A stretch of 64,000 nucleotides of DNA. Source: an uncultured Thermoplasmata archaeon. Its GTDB lineage: Archaea; Thermoplasmatota; Thermoplasmata; WALJ01. Within the stretch, counting starts at the first letter, position 1, and the number at the start of each line of letters is the position of its first letter. Position numbers and translations under genes: made by a program. The DNA is taken from positions 30,935-94,934 of the forward strand of contig CAYYXK010000001.1 of the NCBI GenBank assembly GCA_964475625.1, read 5' to 3'. This document shows positions 1 to 9,718 of this stretch, one piece after another. The notes beneath the pieces were generated by a model. That model saw nothing but the letters and a program-made list of their open reading frames with translations, was not told where the DNA came from and made no database searches.

Positions 1-2649
1 GATTCGGACACTGTGAACCTCACGGTTTCGGAGTATTACGACCTTGCCGGAAACGAGGGGGGTGCATACACATGGGAGTTTTACATAGTGGACACCATAG
101 CGCCATATGTCGTAGACACGAGCCCATATGACGGCGAGCGCAATGTGGATACGGGGTTACAGAAGATAAAGGTCGTGTGTTCGGAACCCATGTCCACCGA
201 ACTGTCGCCAGAGATATATTACATTGAGGCCTCGGGAAACAGGCCGGCGATAACATTCTATATGTGGTTGAACGAGACGACCGCCATCTTCAATGTAAGC
301 GGAACCTTCTCCGAGGAGGACCATATACGCCTTAGAACCGGTTCCGGCTTTGAAGACAGGAGTGGCAATGCCTTGCCTTACTATTACTGGTGGTTCTACA
401 TTTATGACCCCACCCCCCCTTATGTTGTAGATGTCGGGCCGTCCGATGGCAGTTCCGCCGACAAAAACGAAACTGTATATGTCGCATTTAGCGAGCTTCT
501 GGACGAGAGCTTCGTTCCGTCGATAATCCAGTCCTCCGACGACCCTGGTGGATGGACATTCCTTGGATGGGAGATAGCATCTTACAATGTATCGGGAGAA
601 TGGAAAGATGTCTCCAAAGCATCATGGGCCCATAACAACTGGACCACTGAGACCGTGAACCTGACCGTATCAGGATATTTCGATTACGGTAACAATGAAG
701 GAGATCCGTTCACATGGGAGTTCAATGTCCAGTTATACCAGCCCCATTCCATGATACGGATAAACAGCGATTCAGATATGGCAAATATGGCTATCTCCGA
801 GAACTGGACGGGCAATGGGACGGCCTCTAATCCATATATCATAGAAGGATACAGCATAAACGGCGACGACGGAAGAGGCGGATATTGCATATATATAGGA
901 AACACCACACACTCATTCATTATAACAGGAAACTCTCTGAACTATGCGTGGACCGACAATCCGGTCTATCCATACTTTCCAAGAGCATCCGTGGTTCTTT
1001 ACAATGCCCCGAACGCGACGGTGGAGCATAACAGCATGAAGAATATAGGGGCATTCTATGGAGTATATGCCATAGACTCTGATGGTGTGAGAATATCATG
1101 GAACATCATGGGAGAATACTGGTACTCCGGCATATTCGCCGATGGCTGCCAATACATCTACATAGACAACAACACGATGAGCGGGGACGGTCACGGCATA
1201 TACCTCAACAACAGCTATTTCGGCGAAGTTGAGTGGAACAGTCTGGAGGCTACCGGAGACAATAATGGCATATCCCTTGAGAACTCCTCCTACGCCGAAA
1301 TATATGGCAACGAGATACGCAACTACTCGAGCGGAGTAGTCTTCGACAGCGGAGATGGTATGGCCGAGAACATAACAATGGAGAACAACTCCATGGAGAA
1401 CTGCGGTCTCATGATTTGGGGATGGCAGTATATGCAATGGGTGTCCCACACAATAGAGAACAATACCGTGAACCACAGGCCGCTTGTCTTCCTGAACGGA
1501 ATCGAGGATAGAGTGATTGAGTACACCACCCGGGCAGGGCAGATATTCGTGGTGGATAGTTACAACATCTCCATCAGCGAACAGTTCATCGTCAGAGCTA
1601 CCGTGGGCATCTATATAGCGGTATCTCAGCAGATAACGATAACCAACACGACACTCGGTTACAACATGTATGGAGTATATATTATAGCTTCCACGGGGAA
1701 CCTTGTCTGGCACAACAACTTCGTAGGAAATGATGTTCAGGCATGGGATGATGGCGGCCCGGGAGATAACTCATGGAACTCCACATACCCGTACGGCGGT
1801 AATTACTGGGATGATTATGCCGGTGATGACCTGTATACAGGACCCGACCAGAACATTCTGGGAAGTGACGGAATAGGAGACAGCGAGCGTCCCATAGACG
1901 GTGGAAACAGTTCGGATGCATATCCTCTTATGGACCCAACCATGCTTGTATTCTACTACACTCCCGGATGGCACATGGTGGCCTTCCCGTGGCTTGATAC
2001 CCCCACGAATATAACGACCGCGCTCTCCGGAGCATCGTGGAATCGGGCCATGACCTATGTGAATGGCACATGGCAGACATACAATGCGAACAGGGATGCC
2101 AAGTATAATGCTGGCTTTCCACTCATAGACCGCAGCATGGGCCTCTGGGTGAACTTCACGGACTACAGCGTGATCAACGGGCCTTCGCCGATACATACCG
2201 GAAACATAACCGTTCATATACACCGGGGATGGACCCTTGTGGAAGGCGGCTTCCCATTCCTCGTGAGCGAGATGTTCGGAGATGTGCAGTACAGATATAT
2301 CAAGAGCGCGAACCTTACGAACCCAGCCATTATGGAGTCTCTCGGAGACAACCACACATTGGTACCCGGAAGGGCTTACTGGGTCTATGCCGAGGATGAC
2401 TACACGATAACCATAGACACGGACCTGTTCGAGATATCCGTCCGGCAGGGCTTGATCTATAGCGGCCATCCTGTTCAGAGCATAGCTTCGGAGCCTCCGT
2501 CGGAAGAGCTCAGCAGCGGAGTGGAGAACTCCGTTCCAAATGATGTCGATACGGGAATACTTCTGTCATATCTGTCCGCCGGATTTGTATTTATCGTCGG
2601 CATGGCGGGAGCGCTCTACATCCTGAACAGCAGGAAAAAGAGGGATTAA
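1..2649 (+). CDS. Large secreted cell-surface protein with right-handed parallel beta-helix (NosD/pectate-lyase-like) repeats; 5'-truncated by the window edge; C-terminal TM anchor plus KKR tail
   Basis: The ORF is open from base 1 and ends in a TAA stop at 2647-2649. It contains repeated 'N.S...N' beta-helix-type segments and many N-x-S/T sequons. The C-terminus 'SAGFVFIVGMAGALYILNSRKKRD' is a hydrophobic helix followed by basic residues (PGF-CTERM-like). Confidence 0.6.
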   Translation, partial: DSDTVNLTVSEYYDLAGNEGGAYTWEFYIVDTIAPYVVDTSPYDGERNVDTGLQKIKVVCSEPMSTELSPEIYYIEASGNRPAITFYMWLNETTAIFNVSGTFSEEDHIRLRTGSGFEDRSGNALPYYYWWFYIYDPTPPYVVDVGPSDGSSADKNETVYVAFSELLDESFVPSIIQSSDDPGGWTFLGWEIASYNVSGEWKDVSKASWAHNNWTTETVNLTVSGYFDYGNNEGDPFTWEFNVQLYQPHSMIRINSDSDMANMAISENWTGNGTASNPYIIEGYSINGDDGRGGYCIYIGNTTHSFIITGNSLNYAWTDNPVYPYFPRASVVLYNAPNATVEHNSMKNIGAFYGVYAIDSDGVRISWNIMGEYWYSGIFADGCQYIYIDNNTMSGDGHGIYLNNSYFGEVEWNSLEATGDNNGISLENSSYAEIYGNEIRNYSSGVVFDSGDGMAENITMENNSMENCGLMIWGWQYMQWVSHTIENNTVNHRPLVFLNGIEDRVIEYTTRAGQIFVVDSYNISISEQFIVRATVGIYIAVSQQITITNTTLGYNMYGVYIIASTGNLVWHNNFVGNDVQAWDDGGPGDNSWNSTYPYGGNYWDDYAGDDLYTGPDQNILGSDGIGDSERPIDGGNSSDAYPLMDPTMLVFYYTPGWHMVAFPWLDTPTNITTALSGASWNRAMTYVNGTWQTYNANRDAKYNAGFPLIDRSMGLWVNFTDYSVINGPSPIHTGNITVHIHRGWTLVEGGFPFLVSEMFGDVQYRYIKSANLTNPAIMESLGDNHTLVPGRAYWVYAEDDYTITIDTDLFEISVRQGLIYSGHPVQSIASEPPSEELSSGVENSVPNDVDTGILLSYLSAGFVFIVGMAGALYILNSRKKRD

Positions 2650-2666
2650 ACCCATTCCCACACCCT

Positions 2667-2674
2667 TATTTTTC
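2667..2674 (+). terminator. Oligo-T tract downstream of the surface-protein gene (archaeal-type terminator)
   Basis: A ttattttt run lies 18 nt after the stop codon. Confidence 0.3.
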
Positions 2675-2763
2675 AAAAAGACCTCGTTTTAGCTATGTGC
2701 CTGTGTGCTGCAAAAATTCGTAGTGACTGGTTTCTCGATATCACAAAAAATGATGAAATGGGT

Positions 2764-5262
2764 TTATGGGTTGTTCTCTAACGGATTTTCTTCGGAGGGA
2801 GTCCCTGAGACAGCGGATTTTTCCTCGTTCTCGGATATCTTTCCGCGTTCTTCCGCTTTCGCAATATCCGTAGATGTGTGCACTCGCCTACCGTCCCTCA
2901 GGTACATCGCCAGAAGAATTGTGAGCACCGCCAGAAGAAGGCTCAGCAGGGCACCGAAAAGAGTTATCGTCCGCTCCATGCTGCTTCCCTCATCCTCAAC
3001 CGGCCGGGTGGCGCTCCCTTCATCCTGTTCCGTCATGCTTATCTCTATCTCCTCGCTAAGTGTGACCCCGTTCCCTGCCCTATCCTCTGCCCTTATCTCC
3101 ACATAATGAGTACCGGACGAGGAGACAAGAGACCCCGGATAGACGGTGATGTTCGTGGAATCCAGAGAGAGCGATATCCAGTCCCCTCCATTGACGCGCA
3201 TCCATGCGGATGATGCTCCCGATATCCGGAAGGAAATTCCCTCGTCCTGCTCTATGGGCTGCGATCCAGTGTATCGTATGGAAGGTGGTGTGTTGTCCAC
3301 CAGCATGAAGACCTGCTCAGAGGATGCGCTCAACCCCATGGAGTCCGTGGCGCTCACCACCAGCACATGGTCTCCGTCCGTAAGCGATGTCGTGTCCATA
3401 TCAAGGTAGTATGTGGCGCCCTCGCCGGGAACCATGCTCATGGGTGCTCCATGGTCTACGGAAAGGCTCACCGATGAGATTCCCGACATGTCACTGGCAT
3501 AGGCCAGTATGCGCACGGTTCCGGATGCCGGGTCATCGGGAGGCGATGCGAAACCGACCGAAGGGGGCGTGTTGTCCGTGTATATTGATACGGACCTGCC
3601 GGAACTGAGACCTTCGGCATCCAAGACAAAGAAGGTGACGGAGTGCATTCCGTCGGAGTATACCGTGGTATCTATCACTGCCGAGTATGTATCGGTGCTT
3701 CCTGCCGTGAGGTCCATGTTGATGGCCGTGCCGTCCACATACACGAGCGGATTGGAGTATGTGTCAGGTATTGCGGCATCATCGGAGACCGTCATGCTCA
3801 CAGTGACCTCTCCCGAGAGGGTCTGACCGTCGGATATCGATATGCTGTCTATGACCGGAGGAAGGTTCTCATCCTCCTGAGGCGGGGTCCCTCCGCTGTC
3901 GTTCGCTTCTTCCGTATTGTTGAGAATGACATCGGCGTAAAGCACTGCGCTGTTCCCTGCGTTATCATATGCGGTGGCCTTCACCCTGAGGGCTCCGGTG
4001 TAAAGCCCGCTTGAGACCGTTATCTGGGGTGATACATATGAAGAGCCGGAAAGGGACAGTTCCGTGGAATCGTCCCCACCTATGGCCGAGGCATCCAGAA
4101 CGACCTTGGATATGCCGGAACCCGAATCCGCGGCCTGAACGCTTATGCTCACGGAATCGCCGTCCTTCGCCCATGTCTGACCCGAAGGATATGAAACGGA
4201 TATGGAAGTGATATGCGGCGATGTGCCGTCTATCGTGGTGTTAGCGGTGGACGATGCCGGGTTTCCCGCCACATCGACAGCCCATACGCTTATGTTTGCA
4301 AGGCCGTCGGGAACATTCGGAAGGATCAGTTCCTCGCTGGCATAGATGCCGTCGCCGGCCAGACTGTCCGAGTGCATACCGTCGTCGTAGAGAGGTACCG
4401 CCTCCGTGATTCCGAGTTCCGAGGCATCGGCATATGCCCGGGTTATCCCGCTGGGCGGATAGTCCGGATTGTCATTTATGGCGGCCCGTATCCTGAAAGT
4501 CTCCCCGGGACCGATGGCCGTCTGCCCCGACGGGATGAGCACGGACACATCCGTGACCGTGGGGGCCACATTGTCCACGGCTATGTTGAAGGTGTATTCT
4601 TTTTCGTTCACCAGTCGGTCGAGCGCACTTATGGTGGCCGTGTGGTATCCGTTGGAGGCACTGGCATAGAAGATATAGCCGCCATAGATGCCGTCGCCAT
4701 CCCCGTAGTCATTGTGCCTTCCATCGTCATAGAGATACATGATGCCGGCAGGGCCGCCTGCCGAGCTCGCATTCATGAAAAGAGAGTCCACTCCATGCGG
4801 GTCGGAAGCCTCTACGGTCACCCATATCGGCCTGAACTGATTGGCCGCCTCGTATTCCCCGTAGTGAACGGTTATATTGGATACCTCGGGAGCCGTGTTG
4901 TCGAAGATGTAGGGTATGCTCTTGTTGGTAACCTCGCCCGTGTCCCAGTCCTCTATGGTGTAATGCACCACATGGGTCCCGTCGGAATACGGCCATGTGT
5001 AAAGGTAGATATACCATTGGGTAACACCGGCCGAAGTGGATCCGACCCTCATGTCCTCCCTGAAGATATCATCCAGCTCGAAGATGACATTGTCCACATC
5101 GCTGCTCACATTTATGTAGAACACTGCCGTCCCAGCAAGAGTGGAGGCGTATGGTGGTCCGAACTCATAGACCGTCGTCGCTCCCTCCGCCTGCGGTGTT
5201 ACGAGCAGAGCGCTCACCAGAAGCAATGCCGTTATTCCAAGCACCGTGATGCGTGGTTTCAT
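2764..5262 (-). CDS. Large secreted multi-Ig/PKD-like-domain cell-surface protein with N-terminal signal peptide and C-terminal TM anchor plus acidic cytoplasmic tail
   Basis: The ATG at 5262 (MKPRITVLGITALLLVSALLVTPQAEG signal peptide) is preceded by GGTGA. The body is rich in beta-strand Thr/Ser/Val repeats and sequons. The C-terminus 'LFGALLSLLLAVLTILLAMYL' is a TM helix followed by a 45-aa tail. The ORF-track start at 5451 is an upstream extension. Confidence 0.6.
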   Translation of the reverse strand: MKPRITVLGITALLLVSALLVTPQAEGATTVYEFGPPYASTLAGTAVFYINVSSDVDNVIFELDDIFREDMRVGSTSAGVTQWYIYLYTWPYSDGTHVVHYTIEDWDTGEVTNKSIPYIFDNTAPEVSNITVHYGEYEAANQFRPIWVTVEASDPHGVDSLFMNASSAGGPAGIMYLYDDGRHNDYGDGDGIYGGYIFYASASNGYHTATISALDRLVNEKEYTFNIAVDNVAPTVTDVSVLIPSGQTAIGPGETFRIRAAINDNPDYPPSGITRAYADASELGITEAVPLYDDGMHSDSLAGDGIYASEELILPNVPDGLANISVWAVDVAGNPASSTANTTIDGTSPHITSISVSYPSGQTWAKDGDSVSISVQAADSGSGISKVVLDASAIGGDDSTELSLSGSSYVSPQITVSSGLYTGALRVKATAYDNAGNSAVLYADVILNNTEEANDSGGTPPQEDENLPPVIDSISISDGQTLSGEVTVSMTVSDDAAIPDTYSNPLVYVDGTAINMDLTAGSTDTYSAVIDTTVYSDGMHSVTFFVLDAEGLSSGRSVSIYTDNTPPSVGFASPPDDPASGTVRILAYASDMSGISSVSLSVDHGAPMSMVPGEGATYYLDMDTTSLTDGDHVLVVSATDSMGLSASSEQVFMLVDNTPPSIRYTGSQPIEQDEGISFRISGASSAWMRVNGGDWISLSLDSTNITVYPGSLVSSSGTHYVEIRAEDRAGNGVTLSEEIEISMTEQDEGSATRPVEDEGSSMERTITLFGALLSLLLAVLTILLAMYLRDGRRVHTSTDIAKAEERGKISENEEKSAVSGTPSEENPLENNP

Positions 5263-5291
5263 ATTTCTCACCGGAGAGGGATGTGCAGGTA

Positions 5292-5299
5292 GATATATG
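5292..5299. promoter_or_regulatory. Shared TATA-like element (gatatatg) between divergent genes
   Basis: This is the only AT-rich TATA-like box in the 74-bp divergent intergenic region. It lies about 30-45 bp from both start codons. Confidence 0.35.
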
Positions 5300-5336
5300 G
5301 GCTTATCGCCTGATGTTTGCAAAGTCTTATTAAGCC

Positions 5337-8093
5337 GTGTTCGACCCTTATGCCGTGCCCTCCCCAATCCTCCACCCACAGGTGCGGGCTGCCGCCGAGA
5401 AGCTCGGCATACTGGAAGCCACGGAGGCCCAGAGCGCTGCCTTCGGCACAATGCTCTCGGGAAAAAATACCCTGCTGATAGCTCCGACAGGGATGGGGAA
5501 GACCGAAGCCGCCATGCTTCCCGTGTTCTCGAAGCTCGTGGAAGATAGGAGGAGAATCGGAGCGCTCTACATAACCCCGCTTCGCGCTCTCAACAGAGAT
5601 ATGCTAAAAAGGCTCACGCAGTTCGGTGAAGAGTTGGGGCTTCAGGTGGCCGTCAGGCATGGCGATACCACCGATAAGGAGAGACGAATGCATGTGAAGA
5701 ACCCTCCCGAAGTGATGATAACCACGCCGGAAACACTCCAGATAATGCTGGTCGGTTCAAAGCTCAGGGAACTTCTGAAGAATGTACGGTATGTCGTGGT
5801 CGATGAGATACACGAACTGGCGGACAGCGAAAGAGGCGCTCAGCTTTCCGTGGTATTGGAAAGACTGGTGGAACTTGCCGGCGACTTCCAGAGGATAGGG
5901 CTTTCCGCCACTGTGGGAGACCCTGAGGAGATCGCATACTTTCTCTCCGGAAAGGGTCGGAGCGCTGAGATAGTGGATGTTTCAAGGGTAAGGGAGATTA
6001 GAATAGATGTCGAGATGCCGGAACCCGATGGGGAGGACGAGAAGGTCGCAGCCCTGCTTTCATCGGAGAAAGAGTGGGTCTCATGCCTCAGAAGGGCGAG
6101 GGAACTGGTGGAGGCATCGAAAGCAACGCTCATGTTCGTAAACACCAGAGAAACGGGTGAAAAACTCGCACTCCAGTATTCAATGCTGGGCTACGAGGAC
6201 ATGGAACTGCACCACGGCTCACTGGCAAGGGATGTGAGGATTGAGGTTGAGAACAGGTTCAAGGAAGGAGACCTGAAAGCCCTGATATGCACATCATCGC
6301 TTGAGCTGGGAATAGATGTCGGCCGTGTCGATAGGGTGGTCCAGTTCAATTCACCTCGCTCCGTGGCTCGTATGGTCCAGAGGGTGGGCCGCTCAGGCCA
6401 CAGCATGGAAAAGATACCGATGGGAAGTGTCATAGCCGTGAACGAGGACGAGTTCGCGGAAGGGGCCGTGATAGCGAGGAAGGCCATGGCAGGTGATGTT
6501 GAGCCGAAAAAGGTCCGGAAAAACCCGTTAAGTGTTCTGGCAAACCAGATAACCTCCATCGTTGTGGAGCGAAGGGATGTGAACACCGATGAGATATATG
6601 CCATGGTGAAGAGGGCCTATCCCTTCATGTACCTGGAAAGGGATGAGTTCGATTCCGTGGTTGAGCAGCTGGTCGATATACGGCAGATATGGAGGGAAGG
6701 CGACAGGCTGAGCAGGGGAAGGAACTCGAGACGATATTTCTACGACAACATATCCATGATATCCGACGAGCGCTCTTACTGGGTCATAGACATCAACACA
6801 AGAAAGAGGGTCGCGAAACTTGATGAGAGATTCGTGGCTTCCAACATAGAGCCTTTCTCTGTCTTCATCGTCAGGGGAAAGGCGTGGCGAGTCGCCGATA
6901 TTGACGAGAACGGGATACTTGCGGAGCCCGTTGGAGATTTGGGAAGCATACCCTCGTGGAGCGGTGAGGATTTGCCTGTATCATTCGAGGTCGCCATGGA
7001 AGTTGGCAGGCTCAGGAGGCTGCGTGATTTCTCGGAATATCCCGTGTCCGATGATGCCGCTAAAAGGTATATCGGATGGCTGGAGAAAGCGGAAAAGGAT
7101 GGCGGGGTGGTGGCCACGGATAAACGCATCGTCATAGAGGAAGGAGATGTGCTTGTTCTGAATGCCACCTTTGGGACCGATGTCAATCTGACACTCTCCC
7201 ACATACTGGCTTCGCTTCTTTCAGCGAGGTACGGAGCGAGTTTGAACACCAGCGTTGACCCTTATAGAATAATGATACAGGCATCCTTCTCTCTTAGAGG
7301 CGAGATGGTGGAAGATACCCTTCGAGGCATATCACCTTCCACTCTGGAGGGACTGCTCAGGGTCGTTCTGAAATCATCGGATCCGTTCAAATGGAGATTC
7401 CTCTATGCAGCTAAGAAGTTCGGCATAATCGAGAAAGGAGCCGATATGCGCAGCGTCAGGATGGACCGTCTGATAGCGATATACCGGGGTACCCCTGTAT
7501 TTGAGGAAGCCATGAAAATGACGCTTGAGAAGGACATGGATGTGGACAACACGGTGAAAGTCCTTGAAATGATTCGCTCCGGAGAGATGGAAGTGGTACG
7601 TGCGAGGCTCACCGAGATCGGAAAGATGGGTCTCAGGCAAAAAGGAGGTGCCGTTCTTCCATCAAGGCCCAGCCGTGAGATACTGGCATCCGTGAAAAAG
7701 AGGATAGAAGGCACCGAGATAAGGCTTCTCTGCCTTAACTGCGGGACGATATGGAGGGCCACCGTTTCGGATGTGGAAAATGACACGAGGTGCAGAAAGT
7801 GCGGGGCACGCATGGTTGCGATGATACGCCCGTACCAGAAGGAGTTTCGGGAACTCGTTGAAAAGAAACATCTTGAACCGGAGGAACTGAAAAGGATGAA
7901 ATGGCTGGTAAAGAGCGCGGACATCATATTCTATCATGGGCACAGGGGGGCCATGGTCCTTGCAGGAAGGGGGATAGGGCCGGACAGCGCCAACAGGATA
8001 CTGGCGAAATACCATAGAGACGAATGGGACCTGCTCAGGGACATACTGGAAGCAGAGATAAACTACGCAAAGAACAGGAGGTTCTGGGATTAG
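5337..8093 (+). CDS. SF2 DExH-box helicase, Lhr/MrfA-like, with C-terminal 4-Cys zinc ribbon
   Basis: It has a Q-motif plus Walker A 'APTGMGKTEAA', 'VVDEIHEL' (DEIH) and motif VI 'QRVGRSGH'. The C-terminus reads 'CLNCG...CRKCG'. The start is GTG at 5337; the ATG alternatives are out of frame. Confidence 0.7.
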   Translation: MFDPYAVPSPILHPQVRAAAEKLGILEATEAQSAAFGTMLSGKNTLLIAPTGMGKTEAAMLPVFSKLVEDRRRIGALYITPLRALNRDMLKRLTQFGEELGLQVAVRHGDTTDKERRMHVKNPPEVMITTPETLQIMLVGSKLRELLKNVRYVVVDEIHELADSERGAQLSVVLERLVELAGDFQRIGLSATVGDPEEIAYFLSGKGRSAEIVDVSRVREIRIDVEMPEPDGEDEKVAALLSSEKEWVSCLRRARELVEASKATLMFVNTRETGEKLALQYSMLGYEDMELHHGSLARDVRIEVENRFKEGDLKALICTSSLELGIDVGRVDRVVQFNSPRSVARMVQRVGRSGHSMEKIPMGSVIAVNEDEFAEGAVIARKAMAGDVEPKKVRKNPLSVLANQITSIVVERRDVNTDEIYAMVKRAYPFMYLERDEFDSVVEQLVDIRQIWREGDRLSRGRNSRRYFYDNISMISDERSYWVIDINTRKRVAKLDERFVASNIEPFSVFIVRGKAWRVADIDENGILAEPVGDLGSIPSWSGEDLPVSFEVAMEVGRLRRLRDFSEYPVSDDAAKRYIGWLEKAEKDGGVVATDKRIVIEEGDVLVLNATFGTDVNLTLSHILASLLSARYGASLNTSVDPYRIMIQASFSLRGEMVEDTLRGISPSTLEGLLRVVLKSSDPFKWRFLYAAKKFGIIEKGADMRSVRMDRLIAIYRGTPVFEEAMKMTLEKDMDVDNTVKVLEMIRSGEMEVVRARLTEIGKMGLRQKGGAVLPSRPSREILASVKKRIEGTEIRLLCLNCGTIWRATVSDVENDTRCRKCGARMVAMIRPYQKEFRELVEKKHLEPEELKRMKWLVKSADIIFYHGHRGAMVLAGRGIGPDSANRILAKYHRDEWDLLRDILEAEINYAKNRRFWD

Positions 8094-8121
8094 GCTTTTA
8101 TGCACTGTGTGATTGCCCATC

Positions 8122-8556
8122 ATGCAGTGGTATATGTACGCAATCGGGACCATGATACTCTTCGCGCTCACCAATTTCCTGGTGAAGATGGCCGGAGAAG
8201 GGGGAATGGACAGTGTGTTTGCGGCGAACCTGATATGGCTGTCGGCAGGGACCGTCGGTGTGGCCTTTCTGATATACGGGCTTCATACAGGCGGTTTTCA
8301 GGAAGGGATGCAAAACAACGACATGAAGATGCTCATGCTACCTATACTGGCAGGTGTTTTCCTCGCGCTCGGCATGTACACGATAAAGAGAGCTGTGACT
8401 CTCGGAGACGCAGGGCCCAGCGTGGCAATAGCCAATTCGAACGCAATAATTGTAGCACTTCTTGCATGGGTCTTCCTGAACGAGAAACTGAGCACAACGA
8501 AAATAGGCGGTATGGCAATGGTCATCGGCGGAATAATCGTCATGAGCGTCCTGTGA
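8122..8556 (+). CDS. EamA/DMT-superfamily small membrane transporter (4 TM)
   Basis: The protein is hydrophobic with 4 predicted TM helices and an EamA-like pattern. The ATG is at 8122; a TTG at 8113 is also possible. Confidence 0.5.
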   Translation: MQWYMYAIGTMILFALTNFLVKMAGEGGMDSVFAANLIWLSAGTVGVAFLIYGLHTGGFQEGMQNNDMKMLMLPILAGVFLALGMYTIKRAVTLGDAGPSVAIANSNAIIVALLAWVFLNEKLSTTKIGGMAMVIGGIIVMSVL

Positions 8557-8572
8557 AAGCCTTAATAATGGA

Positions 8573-8755
8573 ATGCGATGTGGTACCGTGAAGAAATACA
8601 CGAAGCGCGTCAAGAAATGCCCGATGTGCGGGAGCACGGACCTTTACCTGGAAGCAGGCGGGGTCACGGGATACATCTACCACTGCAACAACTGCGAGTA
8701 TGTCGGCGCATTCGTTGTAGAGGAAGATGTGGAGTGGGAGGAAGAGGATGAGTGA
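8573..8755 (+). CDS. Small zinc-ribbon protein (CPMCG...CNNCE) with acidic tail
   Basis: It has a CxxC...CxxC motif. It overlaps the downstream gene by 8 nt. Confidence 0.5.
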   Translation: MRCGTVKKYTKRVKKCPMCGSTDLYLEAGGVTGYIYHCNNCEYVGAFVVEEDVEWEEEDE

Positions 8756-9695
8756 TGAAACGAAAAAGGCCCTGGAGATACTTTCAAGGAAGAGAAAACT
8801 GATAATGATGCACAACAGTGCAGACCCGGACGCCCTCGGCTCCGCGTATGCCATTTCGAAGGTCTTCGGAGGAGATATAGATCTGAGCGGAGGGTTGAAT
8901 CGCCCTGCAAAGAGGCTGCTTCTCATGCTGAAGGCAGAAGGAAAGCTGATGCCCGATTACACCTCCTATGATACGATAATCTCGGTGGATGCAGCATCTC
9001 CCGGGCAGCTGCCGGCGAACCTGCACATCGACCTTGTGATAGACCACCACATGAAAGACGATTCGTGGAATGCCGATGTATTGCTCATAGACGAAGATGC
9101 GTTTGCGTGCACCCAGGTGGTTCTTGACCTGATACGCGAGGCTGAAAAGCTGGATGAAATGGACGGTGATACCGCATTCGCCATGCTCGCGGGCATGTAC
9201 TCCGACACAAAGCGGCTGAGGATAGGGGATGTCAGGCTCTTCGAAGATTTCACGGATATGCTGGATATTTCCGGGGCCGATATGGAAGACCTTGCCGCAC
9301 TTCTCGAAGACCGCGATATGTCCATGAAAATCTCAATAATGAAAGGGATGCAGAGGCTTAAGTTCGATACATTCAAGGGATTCATGCTGTGCAGCACCCA
9401 TGTCAGTTCCTTCGAGAGCATGGTTGCCAACGCGCTGATAGACTCGGGAGCGGACATAGCCTTTGTTGCGGCACCGAGGGATGATAAGATAAGGGTGAGT
9501 GGTCGGGCCTCGGACCGCGTACTCAGGGAGGGTTTGCATCTGGGAAAGCTCTTCAAGGAGCTGGGGGCGGAGATAGAGGGAGAAGGAGGCGGACACGACG
9601 GGGCGGCGGGATTCTCGACGAAAGGAGATATCGAAGCGGTTCTGAAGATGTGTATGACCAAGACGATGGACACACTTCGTTCTCAAAAGCCTTAA
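8748..9695 (+). CDS. DHH/DHHA1 phosphoesterase (NrnA-like nanoRNase/pAp phosphatase)
   Basis: DHH motifs 'DPDALGS' and 'VIDHHM' are present, with DHHA1 'GGGHDGAAGF'. Confidence 0.7.
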   Translation: MSDETKKALEILSRKRKLIMMHNSADPDALGSAYAISKVFGGDIDLSGGLNRPAKRLLLMLKAEGKLMPDYTSYDTIISVDAASPGQLPANLHIDLVIDHHMKDDSWNADVLLIDEDAFACTQVVLDLIREAEKLDEMDGDTAFAMLAGMYSDTKRLRIGDVRLFEDFTDMLDISGADMEDLAALLEDRDMSMKISIMKGMQRLKFDTFKGFMLCSTHVSSFESMVANALIDSGADIAFVAAPRDDKIRVSGRASDRVLREGLHLGKLFKELGAEIEGEGGGHDGAAGFSTKGDIEAVLKMCMTKTMDTLRSQKP

Positions 9696-9718
9696 TAACC
9701 CCATGAAAATGCGCATGC

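Noticed and set aside
4213-5292. A 359-aa plus-strand ORF antisense to the surface-protein gene. Similar long antisense ORFs lie at 16732-17802, 15452-16066, 1771-2469, 58209-58988 and 59126-59929
   Set aside because: They are entirely contained antisense within strongly supported genes (gyrA, the RM gene, paaK and others). They are Arg/Gly/Pro-rich low-complexity translations typical of GC-rich antisense frames.
5337-8093. Possible reverse gyrase or Hel308 duplicate
   Set aside because: It has no topoisomerase domain. It is distinct from the bona fide Hel308 at 37819. Its motifs fit an Lhr/MrfA-like helicase instead.
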